The position numbers were made by a program, and so were the translations under genes. The notes below the pieces were generated by a model. That model saw nothing but the letters and a program-made list of their open reading frames with translations, searched no databases and was not told where the DNA came from. Shown piece after piece: positions 1 through 14,295 of a DNA stretch of 64,000 nucleotides. The stretch's first letter is position 1, and every line of letters begins with the position of its first letter. Source of the stretch: Heterodontus francisci (lineage: Eukaryota); NCBI RefSeq assembly GCF_036365525.1, contig NW_027140645.1, forward strand, positions 186,001 through 250,000, written 5' to 3'.

Positions 1-509
1 TCCGCTAAGGGAAACAGGTCCTTCCTGTCTACTCTGTCTAGGCCCCTCATAATTTTGTACATCTCAATTATGATTGGCCTTTGTCTTTTCTTCCAATAAG
101 TTCCCTCTCCTGAAGGAGCTGGGGCCGTCATTGCTCCACTTGACCTTGTCTGTACCTGACGCTCATAAGCATGATGGTCGGGATTGTTAGCCCAAAGGCA
201 CTGATTAGTTAACACAGCACAGACTGGAATTGGAGGGTCCAGTCTGGATTGCAGAGTACTACATTGCATGGTGGGTTGTTGATACATGGCTTCTCTCTCT
301 GATGCACTCTCCACTCCCCTCCCTCCCTCCCTCCCTCAGGCTGTTCTGTCTCTACAGAACCTTCTAGGCTTTGCATTACACATCCAGCTCCCCTCTCAGC
401 TTCCTTGGGACCAGAGTTGTTACTCCTCAGAGTTGTTACAGTACCCAGGACAAAGCATCCACTGCTGATGCCCAAGGGCTCATATCTTCTTCCTCTATCT
501 GCTTTTTAG

Positions 510-563
510 GCAAATGTGGTCTGCGTTGTGTACGATGTAAATAAAGAGAGCACCATCGAAAAG
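510..563 (+). CDS. RHOT2: RHOT2/Miro2 coding exon (N-terminal GTPase domain); first exon visible in window
   Basis: ttttag|GCA...AAG|gtactg; encodes ANVVCVVYDVNKESTIEK, matching the Miro2 (not Miro1 ANVICIVY) motif. Confidence 0.93.
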
Positions 564-724
564 GTACTGTACCACCCTGTGTCACTTTGCAATTTATAAT
601 ATTCAGGGATTCCTGGAAAAATTAGTTCAATGAGTTGTGCCTGAGGTTGTTCAGGAAGCAGATAAATGATTATGATCTGAACTACTTCTGTACAATAACA
701 AGACCATAAACCAACCAAAAAAAA

Positions 725-1440
725 TGGGTTTTATCAATAGCGTTATAAAGAGATGAGGATAAACTTTCTCAAGGCAATGGTTAGGCCACAACTTGGGCAC
801 CCCATTATTGAAAGGATATTAAAGCCTTAGAGAGCATTCAGCATTGATTCACTGGGATGCCAGTGATGGGGAACTATTGTTATGAGCAGAGTTTTGAGAT
901 GCTGGGACCATTCCCACTGCAGCAGAGAAGGCGAAGAGGAGATTTAGTCGAGGTTTTCTGTAAATTGAGTTTTTAGAGTGAACGGAGAGAGATCGTTTCC
1001 TCTGGTTGGGGTTATCACTGAGATAGTGAAGAATCAGGTTAGGAGAGATTTCTTTACACAGAAGATTATTGGTGCCTGGAATGCCTTGCCCCAGGGTGTA
1101 GTTGATGCAGGGGCCATCTGTTAAGGGAAACTTGGATAAATATTTGAAGGAATGGGAGATATAAGGACCAATGGGATTAGTTTGGGATTGCTACAGGGCT
1201 ATGGGGAGAGAGTGGAAGCAGTGGGATTGGTTTGGGATTGATACAGGGCTATGGGGAGAGAGTGGAAGCAGTGGGATTGGTTTGGGATTGATACAGGGCT
1301 ATGGGGAGAGAGTGGAAGCAGTGGGATTGGTTTGGGATTGATACAGGGCTATGGGGAGAGAGTGGAAGCAGTGGGATTGGTTTGAATTGCTCTTAACAAA
1401 GAACCAGAGCAGACAAGGTGGGCCGACTGACCTTCTTTCT
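725..1440 (+). mobile_element. Degraded CR1-like LINE 3' fragment
   Basis: Remnants of the typical CR1 ORF2 C-terminus (ggttaggccaca..., gcagagaaggcgaagaggagattt...) and a 3' tail ending in gggccgactgacct. Confidence 0.7.
1172..1385 (+). repeat. 50-bp tandem repeat, about 4 copies, derived from a CR1-like 3' tail
   Basis: Unit gatacagggctatggggagagagtggaagcagtgggattggtttgggatt repeated near-perfectly. Confidence 0.9.
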
Positions 1441-2590
1441 TCATTGTCCATCTGAGATGGCAGACAAGGGTCTTGGTTTAAAGTTGCATTGGAAAGACTG
1501 CACCTCTGACAGTGCAACGCTCCCTCTGTACTGCATTGGGAGTGTCGCCCTGGATTATCATAGAATGATACAGCAAAGAAAAAGGAGGCCACAGCAGAAG
1601 GAGGCCATTCAGCCTATCGTGCCTGTGTTGGCTCTTTGAAGGTACCATCCACCTCACCCCATTGGACTGCCAGTCCTTTCCTTTTGAAAGGTATTATTGA
1701 ATCTGCTTCCACTGCTCGTTCAGGCTGTGCATTCCAGATCACAACAACTCGTGGTTTTTTTAAAAAAAAAATCTCCTCATCGTGCTGAAGTCTTGAGCCT
1801 CTAGAGTAGGGAAAGGATGTCACTCTGTCCTTGCAGGGTCACACTAGCACTGCTCTAGTCATCAACCTGACATTGTGTGTATGTGTGTAAAAGTGGGGAG
1901 TTACAACCGAGATCTGTAACTGGTGCCTGGTGCACGCATGTGTGTGTTTACCTGGGAGGTTGTTAAATGTTGCCTGACACTCGTAGCTAGGAGACAGCGG
2001 AGTTGCAACTGATAAGTGAGATACATGCCTTGTCTACCTGACATATTGTGCTGACGTGCTCAGTTTCTAACTTTGGAACTCATCTGCTGGGAGTGTGTGT
2101 GCAATGAAATCTAGGTCGTCCATTCCAGAAGTCTATTTTAGATTGTAATCTAAACCTACTGGACTGACCAACCTCGTATCTGTTTCTCTCTGTGCGTCAC
2201 AACACAAGCTCCTCCTCAAAGATGTTTTTTTCACAAGATTAATACTGCAGTCAGAAGGATTTCAGTCCAGTTTGACCTACACAATTGAGGATTTTTGTTT
2301 GTATTTAATTTCATTGTGTATTGTCACTGCTCTAAATCCCTGGCGCAAGGCGACCTTGAGTTGTCTTCATGGCATTTGGAGCCTGCTGTTGTCTAGCAAG
2401 GGGTGGTTGACTGTTCAGCAGCTGCCTGGTAGCATTTTATGCTGTGACTTGGTGTGATTGCACAGATCAGGCTTGTTTGTAAGGCAGGAGTTTGCCTTAC
2501 AGGAACATTATATCTTAACCAATAGAAATAGTTCTGGCCAGTAAACACATTGCATGTGTTAGATGTATGCTAGTGTTTCTTGCTCACATT

Positions 2591-3041
2591 AGGGTGTCAG
2601 TCGTAACTCAGTTGGTAGCGCTCTTGCCTCAGAGAAGGTTGTGGGTTTGAGTTTCTCTCCAGAGATTTGAGACAGACACTCCCAGTACAGTACTGAGGAA
2701 GTGCTGCAATGTTGGAGGTGCTGTCCTTTGGATGAGATGTCAAACTGAGGATCTGTTTGCCCCCTCAGGTGGATGTAAGAGATCCCATGCAATTACTGTT
2801 TTTAAGAAGAGCAGGAAAATTCTCTCTGGTATCCTGGGACCAATATTTATATCGCAATCAACATCACCAAAAAACAGATTATCTGGTCGTTATCACATTC
2901 CTGTTTGTGGGATCTTGCTGTGTGCAAATTGGCTGCCGAGTTTCCTACATTACAACAGTGACTGCAATTCAAAAGTACTTCATTGGCTGTAAAGCACTTT
3001 GGGATGTCCTGAAGCTGTGAAAGGTGCTATAGAAATGCAAA
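2591..3041 (+). mobile_element. tRNA-headed SINE, SacSINE1/DeuSINE-like
   Basis: Head ctcagttggtagcgctcttgcc; central gatcccatg...ccaatatttat...gtttgtgggatcttgctgtgtgcaaattggctgc; tail aaaggtgctatagaaatgcaa. Confidence 0.75.
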
Positions 3042-3648
3042 GGTACAGCAGTTTAGTAATGATACTGGATTGGCATCCCATGGATCATGAATTCACATGC
3101 TACCCTGGCAGATTGAATTGAATAAACCTGATAATTAGTCGGCTCACATCACAAACAAAACGGAGTCACTCCCAAATGTGGTTTAACAGTAGCCCAGCTC
3201 GGGTGGGGACACAGGTTCCCTTTCATTCAGGTTCTAACATGGTTACTTTGTCTCCAGCCATCAATGATATTTGCTGAATTTAGTTTCACAACTTACCATG
3301 GTGGGATTTAAACTCGCGACCTCGGCAACCATCCCTAGCCGTGGAACAGAATGTGCACGCAGATTGCAATCCCGGCCTCAGATACTGCCACACTGATTGG
3401 GAGTGGGGAGCTTGGTCTCTGGATTTGACAGTTGCACATTTTGTAAAACAAAAACATTCTGATACCAGAACTGAGAGGTTGCAACAATCAGGAAAGATTG
3501 AACAGGCTGGGGCTCTTTTCTCTAGAAAACAGAAGGCTGAGGGGTGACCTGATAGAAGTCTTTAAAATAATGAAGGGATTTTTCTAGAGTACATGTAAGG
3601 ATGATGTTTCCACTTGTCTCAAACTGTTCTATTGCTGGTGTTTTTCAG

Positions 3649-3701
3649 ATCCAAAGTAAATGGATTCCTTTGGTAAATGGCAGTACTGAAAAGGGCAACA
3701 G
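3649..3701 (+). CDS. RHOT2: RHOT2 coding exon (nGTPase)
   Basis: tttcag|ATC...AG|gtaagt; IQSKWIPLVNGSTEKGN(R); phases fit neighbours. Confidence 0.93.
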
Positions 3702-3974
3702 GTAAGTGCATGTTTTCTGGAGCTGACTGCAGGGAATTTGGGAAGTGACAATTTCAGTCTGTGCAAATTAATGGTGGCAATTATAGGGACAGGAGCAGGC
3801 CAAAGTCCCTCGGGAGTACAATGCCATTCTGGAATTCTCTCCCTCCCCCCATCTCCCTCTCCTCCTTAAAATCCAACTCTTTCCCTCTCCTAATATCACC
3901 TGTCTTGCTATCCATATTTATCTGATTTCAGACAACATTAAGGGTGCTTTATAAATGCAGATTGTTGTTGATGA

Positions 3975-4274
<300 letters not shown>

Positions 4275-4321
4275 TAGTCAGATAGTGGTTCCCTCCCCTG
4301 GTAATATAAACTTTTTATTTA

Positions 4322-4565
4322 AGCATTCATTCTCGGGATGTGGGTGCCACTGGCGAGGTTGGCATTTATTGCCCATCCCTCATTACCCTGAGAAGGTGCC
4401 GGTGCAACTGAGTGACTTGCTCACCCACTTCAGAGGACCGTTAAGAGTCAACCACATTGGTGGGGTACTGGATTCACACACGGACCCAGACTGGGTAAGG
4501 ACAGTAGGTTTCCTTTCTTAATGATCAAGGTGAACCCAGTGGGTTTTTGTGACAATCCGACACCT
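4322..4565 (-). mobile_element. 3' half of the same SINE-like family (another piece at 48628-48748)
   Basis: gggatgtgggtgccactggc...atttattgcccatccct...gttaagagtcaacc. Confidence 0.65.
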
Positions 4566-4912
4566 TCATGTTTGCTGCTTGGTAAATGCAGACATGGCTG
4601 CAAGCTGTTTGGCAGAAGGCTGCAGTGAACTTAAATCCCTGGGCGTGTCGAGATCCACCTTCTCACCCTGGAGAAGGCAGTAAATGGTTTCCAATAACCA
4701 GTGACCAAGTGGTCCAGTCGATTCCACCATGAGAGGCTCGAATGAGGGTTCACATCTATAATTCCTCATTTGTTGAATTCTGTTCTCGTGCATTATCAGT
4801 GATGTACCTAACCCCAGTCAGCCTGCTACACTCATGCCTGCTTAATGGGGAGCATTGGAAGAAGCTAGGAGAAAGCCTAGCCTCCTCCTTGACAAAGCCC
4901 ATCTGTCTTTAG

Positions 4913-5134
<222 letters not shown>

Positions 5135-5317
5135 TAATGAGATAATGTTACTTTCCTTTGGACAGAGCTTTGTGCCCAAGAGCCAAGCTCAAGAATTAGA
5201 CCTTATACACTGTCCATATGGACAATAGTTGTTCCAACCTCGTTTCATGTCACAAAAGAAGTGCAACCCCAAGCTATTCAAATAGAAAATGCCTCGGGTA
5301 TCTTCTTTTGGTTGAGG

Positions 5318-5600
5318 GGTTAAACCGAGGCCCTGTCTGCCTTGTCAGGTGGCTGCAAAAGATCCCATGGCCACCATTCAGAGAAGAACAGAAGAGTTCT
5401 CTTGGTGTACTGGCCAATATTTATCCCTCAGCCAACACTTAATATCTGATGGTTATCACATTGCTGTTTGTGGGACTTTGCTGTATACAAATTGGCTGCT
5501 GCATTTTCTACATTAGAACAGTGACTACACTTCATTGGCTGTAAAATGCTTTTGGATGAACTGAGGTCATAAAAGACATTATAAAATAAATGGTGGTTCT
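5318..5600 (+). mobile_element. SacSINE1/DeuSINE-like SINE, 5'-truncated
   Basis: Aligns by eye to 2740-3040. Confidence 0.72.
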
Positions 5601-5774
5601 TTCTGTTCTTTGTGTTTAATTTATCATAGTGGCTGTAAGTTTTTAAGAAAGAACTTGCATTTATTGAACTTGGACCTTCTGGTCTGCGTGCTTCACCAAC
5701 GGCACGTTAACCATTAGGCCATTACAGGAACTATTACTGGGTTTCAGAACTGCTTTTAAACTGTGAGCACTGGC

Positions 5775-6208
5775 CTACCCAGTAGGACGGTGAGAGGGAA
5801 GACTGGGTACATGACTGGATACCATACATGTTGCAGAAAACGTGAGTTCAAATCCCATCTCAGCAGTTTGAGAATTTGAATTCTGTTTTTGGAAAAAATC
5901 TGGAATTATAAACCTGCTATGGGTAAAAGTAGCCATGAGGCTGTTGAATTGTCTTAAAAACCCCAACTGGTTCACTAATGTCCTGTAGGGAAGGAAATCT
6001 GCCATCCTTACCTGGTCTGGACCGATATGTGACTCCAGTCCCACACTAACGTTGTTGATCCCTAACTGCCCTCAGTTGAATCAGACTGCTACAACAAATG
6101 CAGTAGTTCCACAAGACGGCCCACCACTGTCACCTTCTCAGGGTAACTAGGGATTGGCAATAAATGCCAGCCTTGCCAATGATGCCCACATCCCGAGAAT
6201 GATTTTTT
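5775..6208 (+). mobile_element. SINE-like element, same family as 8945-9355
   Basis: B-box-like gagttcaaatcc; tail ggcaataaatgccagccttgccaatgatgcccacatccc. Confidence 0.7.
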
Positions 6209-6364
6209 AAAAGTCAATGGCCAAGCGATAATTGCTTGTCTGTCTGTTAGGAGACACCTAAAAGTGGAGAGAAAAAGAATAATGTTTTAAAAAAAAAACA
6301 CACTGATTCAACTGAAGGAAATCACAGCCACGTGAAGGGCTGTGTTGCTGATTTTGTCCATCAA

Positions 6365-8345
6365 TCACACAAAGCAGTGCAGAAGGAGGCCGTTTGGCCC
6401 ATCGTGTCTGTACTGGCTCTCTGAAAGAACAATTCCCTCAGCTCCATTCCCCTCCCTTCTCCTCGTAACCCTGCCCATTCTTCCTTTTTATATGACTGTC
6501 TGTCTGTCTAATCCCCTTTTGAATGATTCAATTGAACCTGCCTCCACCATACCCTCTGACAGCACATTCCAGACCTTAACCACTCTGCATGAAAAAGTTT
6601 TTCCTCATGTTGCTTTTGCTTCTCTCACCAAATACTTTAAATCTGTGCCCTCTCGTTCTCGATCCTTTCGCAAGTGGAGAACAGTTTTTCCCTATCTACT
6701 CTGTCCAGACCCCTCATGATTTTGAATACCTCTATCAAATCACCTCTCAGCCTTCTCCTCCAAGGAAAACAGTCCTAACTTCTCCAATCTATCTTCATTA
6801 CTGCAATTCCTCATCCCTGGAACTATTTTCGTGAATCTTTTCTGTACTCTCTCCAATGCCTTCATGTCTTTCCTAAAGTGCGATGCCCAGAATTGGACAC
6901 AATACTCCAGCTGAGGCCAAACTAGTGTCTTATACAAGTTCAACATAACTTCCTTGCTCTTGTACTCTATGCCCCTATTAATAAAGCCCAGGATACTGTA
7001 TGTTTTATTAACTGCTCTCTCAACCTGTCCTGCCACCTTCAATGACTTATGCACATATTCACCTAGGTCCCTCTGCTCCTGCACCCGCTTTAGAATTGTA
7101 CCCTTTGTTTTATGTTGTCTTTCCATGTTTTTCCTACCAAAATTAATCACTTCACATTTCTCTGCATTGAACTTCATCTGCCACCTGTCTTCCCATTCCA
7201 CCAACCTGTCTGTCATTTTGGAGTTCTACACTATCCTCCTCACAGTTTAGAATGCTTCCAAGTTTCGTATCATCTGTAAACTTTGAAATTGTGGCCTGTA
7301 CACCAAGGTCCAGGCCATTAATATATATCAGGAAAAGCAAGGGTTCCCAATACTAATCCCTGGGGAACTCCACTACAAACCTTCCTCCAGCCCAAAAAAA
7401 TCCATTAACCACTACTCTTTATTTCCTGTCACTCGGGCAATTTCATATCTGTGTTGCTACTGTCCCTTTTATTCCATGAGCTACAAGTTTGCTCACAAGT
7501 CTGTTGTGTGGCACTGTATCAAACGCCTTTTGAAAGTCCATGTACACCAATTAACAGCATTGCCCTCATCAACCCTCGATATTACCTCCTCAAAAAACTC
7601 CAGCAAGTTAGTTAAACACGATTTTTCCTTAAGAAATCCATGCTGGCTTTCCTTAATTAACTCGCATTTGTCCATATGACTATTGATTTTGTCCTGAATT
7701 ATTGTTTCTAGAAGTTCCTCCACCACCGAAGTTAAACTCATTGGCCTGTAGTTGCTGGGCTTTATCTTTGCACCCTTTTTTGAACAAGGGTGTAACATTT
7801 GCAATTCTCCAGTCCTCTGGCACCACCCCTGAGTCTAAGGCAGACTGAAAAATTATGATCAGTGCCTCTGCGATTTCCACCCTCACTTCCCTCTGTTTTC
7901 TTGGATGCATCTCATCTGGTCCTGCTGCTTTACCACTTGAAGTACAGACAGCCTATCTAATACTTCCTCTTTATCAATTTTAAATCCCGCTTTCACCATT
8001 GCCTGGGTTGCACCTTCTTCCTTGATAAAGACAGATGCAAAGTATTAATTTAATACCTGAGCTATTCCCTATACCTCCATGTGTAAATCCCCTTTTTGGT
8101 CCCTAATCGGCCCAACTCCTCCTTTTACCACCCTTTTACTATTTATATGCTTATAGAAAACTTTGGGATTTCCTTTAATGCTAGCTGCCAGTCTCTTTTC
8201 ATGCTCTCTCTTTGCTTCTCCTTATTTGCTTTTTCACTTCTCCTTTGGACCTTCTATATTCAGCCTGGTTCGCAATAGTATTTTCTACCTGGCATCTGTC
8301 ATAAGCACACTTTTTCTTTATCTTAATCCATCCAGGGAGCTCCAA
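6365..8345 (-). mobile_element. CR1/HER1-like LINE, ~2 kb 5'-truncated, RT region with frameshifts
   Basis: ORF pieces NYRPMSLTSVV, SQHGF, LIYINGLDL/KFTDDTKL, WQMKFNAEKC, LEYCVQFW. Confidence 0.92.
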
Positions 8346-8500
8346 ACTTATGTAGGTCTCATTTGCTGTTCTTTAGCATGGCTCCAGCCAGTCTCTTTCC
8401 AGTGTTCACCTGGTAAATAGGGTTTTATGGAGTCAGGCTGCATTTGAACCCAGTGGGATTGCTCATTTGCCTCTGGCTGATGAAGCTGTGTGTGTTTTAG

Positions 8501-8785
<285 letters not shown>

Positions 8786-8944
8786 TGATATTTGTTCATA
8801 ACTTTGTTCTGTTCTACTCTGATCTGTTTTGTCCTTAACCATACTATTTAATATTTTAAATACCTCAATAAGATTCCCCTTACACATATAAGTTACAACA
8901 TGGCCATTTAGCCCGTTCAAGCTGTTTTATTGTTTACCCTATGG

Positions 8945-9355
8945 GAAGACAATGGCATGGTGGTAATATCATGGAACTAGTAATTCAGAGGCCCAGGCTA
9001 ATGCCATGGGACAGGTATTAAACTTCCACTTTGGCAGTTGCTGGAATTTAAATTCAATTATTTCAATTAATTAATTTTAAAAATCTGGAATTGAAAGCTA
9101 TTAGCAGGGGTGGTGCCATGAAACGATCATCGATTAGCGTAAAAGCCCATCTGGTTCACCAATGGCCTTTAGGGAAGGAAATCTGCCATCCTTACCAGGT
9201 CTGGCCTACATGCGACTGCAGACCCACAGCAACAAGGTTGACTCTTAACTGCCCTCTGAAATTGCCTAGTAAGCCACTCTGTTGTCAAGGACAATTAGAG
9301 ATGGGGAACAAATACTGGCCTTGCCAGCGAGAGCCACAACCCATGAAAATAAGAA
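8945..9355 (+). mobile_element. SINE-like element sharing its 3' tail with the 26735-30008 LINE family
   Basis: Core aaaaatctggaatt...agggaaggaaatctgccatccttacc also at 5775-6208; tail caattagagatggg...ggccttgccagcg. Confidence 0.7.
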
Positions 9356-9639
9356 AACCTCCATGCAAGCAAATGCTCCTAGTCTCACTTACCCACCTGG
9401 TTCACATGTCCCTTCAACTCCATTTTCTTTATCCACCTCTCCAGTCTAATCTTGAAAGTTGACAGTTTCTGCCTCAGCACTAACCCTGATTTGAATTCCA
9501 TAGCCTCTGTGAAAAACCTTCTCTCTAGATGTAGAGCTTTAGACTCTCTAATGTTTTCTCCAAGTTGCTTTAAAACTCTTTGTAATTTCTTACTAGATTT
9601 TACTGTACAGCTCCTCCAGGCCACCCTTTTAAAATCATT

Positions 9640-9890
9640 GGAAAAAGAAGAGAGGGGGAAATGTGGAGAATGTTTGTTACGCAGTGAGCTGTTATGATCT
9701 GGAGTGCACAGCCTGAAAGAATGATGGAAGCAGATTTAATAGCAACTTTCAAAAGGGAATTGGATAAATACTTAAAAAGGAGAAATGTGCAGGGCTGTGA
9801 GGACAGGGCAGGGAAATGGGACTAATTGGAAAGCTCTTTCAAAGAGCCAGCACAGGCACGATGGGCTGAATAACCATCTTGTGTGCTGGA
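9640..9890 (+). mobile_element. CR1-like 3' tail fragment
   Basis: tttcaaaagggaattggataaatac...gagccagcacaggcacgatgggctgaat, shared with other CR1 tails in the window. Confidence 0.65.
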
Positions 9891-10049
9891 AAGTTTGACG
9901 AGAGGGGATTTGTTAGCTTGCAATCCCTCTAACTTATTGAGTGAGTCCCTTTTTAAAGTTGACCTAAATTTAAGGGTTTGTTTGATGAAGGATTTGTTTG
10001 GGTGGAAATGTAACCAGAAGTTGAATTAGTAACTGAAGCAGTTTTACGT

Positions 10050-10598
10050 GCGAGTCCACCATCTACAAGGCACAAGTCAGGAGTGTGATGGAATACTCTC
10101 CACTTGCCTGGATGGCTGCGGCTCCGACAACACTCAAGAAGCTCGACACCATCCAGGACAGTGCAGTTTGCTTGATCGGCACCCCATCCACCACCTTCAA
10201 CATTCACTCCCTCCACCACCGATGCGCAGTGGCAGCAGCGTGTACCATCTACAAGAAGCACTGCAGCAACGCACCAAGGCTCCTTCAACAGAACCTTCCA
10301 AACCCGTGAGCTCTACCACCAGCAAGGACAAGGGCAGCAGATGCATGGCAACATCACCTGCAAGTTCCCCTCCAAGTCACACACCATCCTGACTTGGAAC
10401 TATACCGCCGTTCTTTCACTGTCTCTGGATCAAAAACCAGGAACTCCCCCCTTGACAGCACTGTGGATATACCTACACTACATGGACTGTAGCGGTTCAA
10501 GAAGGCGGCTAATCACCACTTTCTCGAGGGCAATTAGGGATGGATAATAAATGCCTAGCCAGAAGCTCACATCCCAAAGACAAATTTAAAAAAAAAAT
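10050..10598 (+). mobile_element. 3' fragment of the same LINE family as 26735-30008
   Basis: MEYSPLAWM...TTLKKLDTIQD; tail gcaattagggatgg...cacatccc followed by an A-run. Confidence 0.88.
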
Positions 10599-10882
10599 GG
10601 ATAAATTGAGTCCCACTGTTTTAATGTAGACCGGTCTGGTAACTGAGGTGCTGTGGTCGGGGTTGGACCGGAGAGTGAGGAGGAACTCCAGTAAATGCAA
10701 TGGAGAAAGGGCCAGCGACTACAGGAATCCCACTAGGTGTGACGGAGACTGGATCAGGAGCTGTGCGGGTGCTTGGTGCTGTGACACTTGATCAATAAAT
10801 GCAAACAGACCCCAAACCAAGGCCAAGCATCCACCTAAAATCCATGCACATTGATGGAGCTAATCCACAGTCACAGTTTTGA

Positions 10883-11035
<153 letters not shown>

Positions 11036-11875
11036 TGATTGAAACACAGCACCGATATAACACAGTTTCTTGTTTAGATGTTAACTTTCTCCCAAGGGGC
11101 CAGGGGTTCCTTTGTCCCCAGCTCCAGGAGGTTTGCACTGCTCAGTCTGTTAAATTGAGGCTTGTGGAGCAGACTTGAACTGTATCTGAGCTATAGAGTC
11201 AAAGGAGACGTCACTCTGCTCAGAATAGGCTAGCAGCTGAGACCTCGCCTACCATTCCTGAAGATTTCTCTTCTGATTGAAACCAGTATGTGTGATCCCA
11301 GTCTGACATGTGGGAGAGATTTAGTTTTAAAAAGGAAAAATTTGCAGGTCTATGGGGAAAGATCAGAGGAGTGAGGTTGATTTGATAGTTGTTTCAGAGA
11401 GCTGGCACAGGCTCAATGGCTCACTGTTAAATCTTCAAATTACATTTTTATAATTATTTGTAATTAGTAATCGACCAATAGGTCATTTCCTGAAGGCAGT
11501 GATGCAGGAACAGGTCCTGGAATAACCATTATCTCCAAGTAACACAGCTGCATTGAACTTCCAGGCTCTGTGTAAGGTGACTGACGAAGACCTGCCTGCT
11601 CGAACTTTCTGATACTAGGCACAATTCACAGCAAATCCCTTCCCCTACCCCATTTCCCCCTCCTCCCACCTGCTCATTGAAAGCAGCACAGTTGTGAATA
11701 TGTTTGTGTGTGAACTGCTTGAGGGATCCACTGTGCCCTGGTTAATTTGCATCTGAACTACAGTGTGTCATGTGGTGTGCGAGGCCGTGAAGTTTTCCTC
11801 CTGGTTATTGAGATGGTGATGGTTTCTGAATTAAACAGGCACAGTTGTCAGTTTGAACACAGTGCTCATGTCTGA

Positions 11876-12058
<183 letters not shown>

Positions 12059-12647
12059 TAAGTACCGGTAAAAGCCCCTGTCGGCTGAGGTGCATAGAGT
12101 GTTGCAGTCACACTTCTGGGAGTGTCAGTCTTTGAGTTCAGGATGCGGCACACCAGCAGATATTGATGCAGGCAGACTGGCAATTAGAAGAATTAATGTC
12201 ACAACCTGAGTAATTTAATTGGATGATATCGGATTCCCAGCTGGGGCTGTTAATTCCATAAAGCAGCAGGAAGCACTTGGGATGAAGGGGCGGTATTTTG
12301 CTCTTCATGGCTGTTGCTTCTACGTTCCATGAATCTGAACCCAAAATGTGAAAAGCTATCAGTTCACAATCTAGTTTTAAGCTGGTCTGATAGCCTGGTG
12401 GGTAAACAGAACCATATTAAAAACTCAATCAAATTTGTATCCTGATCAAATAGTTATCAATTCCAACTGTACAACTGGATGTTTCCAAGGCAAACGGAGG
12501 GTCTCTCTGCTCCTGCCCCACTTTGTAAATTTATACCATGCAAACTTTAACCCAACAATGGCAGTCATTGCTTTAGTAACTGGTCTGGGTCGTGCTGTGG
12601 ACCTTTGCAGGAATCTGTAAATCACCCAGCTGCATATTTCCTTGCAG

Positions 12648-12732
12648 GTTGCGAGTTCCTTATAACTGTACGACTGAGTTGAATCACTGCACCTACATGT
12701 TCCTACAGCAAGTCTTTGAGAAATATGATGCA
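12648..12732 (+). CDS. RHOT2: RHOT2 coding exon
   Basis: ttgcag|G...GCA|gtaagt; LRVPYNCTTELNHCTYMFLQQVFEKYDA. Confidence 0.94.
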
Positions 12733-12815
12733 GTAAGTAACTTTCCCTGAGACCTGCAGCATGGTTGAGAGGGAGGGGTAGGTTTCTTGGGGCACTTGTC
12801 CTGTCTCACCTGTGA

Positions 12816-12977
<162 letters not shown>

Positions 12978-13119
12978 TAAGTGTTTGTAACTGTGTGCCT
13001 TCTGCTAGCAATCTTAACATTTATAGAGGTACTTCATACAGCTCAATCCCCTCGGAGATATTGGCCAGAAGTTTATGTTGGGCAGTGGCAAGCCTGTCTC
13101 TGCTGAGCCTGGGGAGCCA

Positions 13120-13670
13120 CACTGGGATTTTTCACTCCCCTGGCCCTTAATTAGTCTTGGGTTAGACTACCACCTCCTTGAGGCAGGGAGTCCCGCCTGA
13201 TGGAGCTATCTGCCAACCAGCAGGCCAGCAGCTCTTAGTCCCATCAGCGCCACCGGGCATGTTGTACATTGTGGCTTTGGGGGCGCAGCCCTCCGTGGGG
13301 CACAGGGTGCCCGATCAGGAGGACCCCCCCTCAGCCTGCGTGAAGGCCGCCGAGGGTAAAATTCCCATGGCGGCGAGAGGAGGCCCTTAAGTGTCAGTTA
13401 ATTGGTCAGTTAAGACCCTTGATTGGCTTGGGGCGGGAAGGCCGTTTCTCGCCACCGCCACCCCGCGTAAAATTGCAGCAGGGGCAGGAGGGGGTTGGGA
13501 ATGGCCCGCCTCCCATTCAATTTAACGCCCCCCCCGCCTCCCACTCAATTTAACGCCCCCCCGCCTCCCACTCAATTTAACCCCCCCACTCGCCTCCCAC
13601 TCAATTTAACGCCCGGCCCCCCCCCACACTACCAGCCCGCTCATTGCGGGGGGCTGTAAAATTCCAGCCT
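13120..13670. mobile_element. GC-rich putative non-autonomous DNA transposon/MITE with internal tandem repeat
   Basis: Imperfect inverted ends ctgggatttttcactcccc / gggggctgtaaaattccag; CpG-rich relative to flanks; about 4 copies of cgcctcccactcaatttaac at 13505-13612. Confidence 0.5.
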
Positions 13671-13832
13671 TCACCTTTGTGATTAACTGCCTCAGAAGGT
13701 TAAGTAAATCGGATGAAGCTAAAGGGTTCATATACCAAGAGAGACAGGTAAAATAAAAATTTATAAGGAGAATGATTTTTGTCCCAGAAAGTAATATAGT
13801 GGACTCTTTATCCAGAGAAGACTGTTAAAGTA

Positions 13833-14295
13833 GCCAGTGTCAGCCATGGCTCAGTGGATTTCACTCGCAAGTGAGTCAGAGGTTATAGTGCAAGCCCCCT
13901 TTCAGAGACTTAAATGCAAAATCCATGCCGACACTCCTGTGCAGCGCTGAGGGAATGCTGCACTCTTCGAGCTCCATCTTTCAGATGTGATGTTAAACTG
14001 ATGCCCCGTCAGCCCTCTCATGCAAACATAAAAGACCCTGTGGTACTATTATGAAGATGTTTAGGGGATTTTTCCCCCCAGTGTCCTGGGGCCAATATTT
14101 ATCCCTCAACCAACACCATTAAACAGACTATTTGGTCCTTTATTTCAGTGCTGTTTGTGGGAGCTTGCTGTGCACAAATTGGCTGCCATGTTTCCTACAT
14201 TACAACCGCACATCAAAAGTACTACCTTGGCTGTGTGAAGAGCTTCAGGATGTTATGAGATCAATGAAAGGAGATGTATAAATATAATTTTTCTT
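13833..14295 (+). mobile_element. SacSINE1/DeuSINE-like SINE
   Basis: gtgtcagccatggctcagtgg... full-length relative of 2591-3041. Confidence 0.72.
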
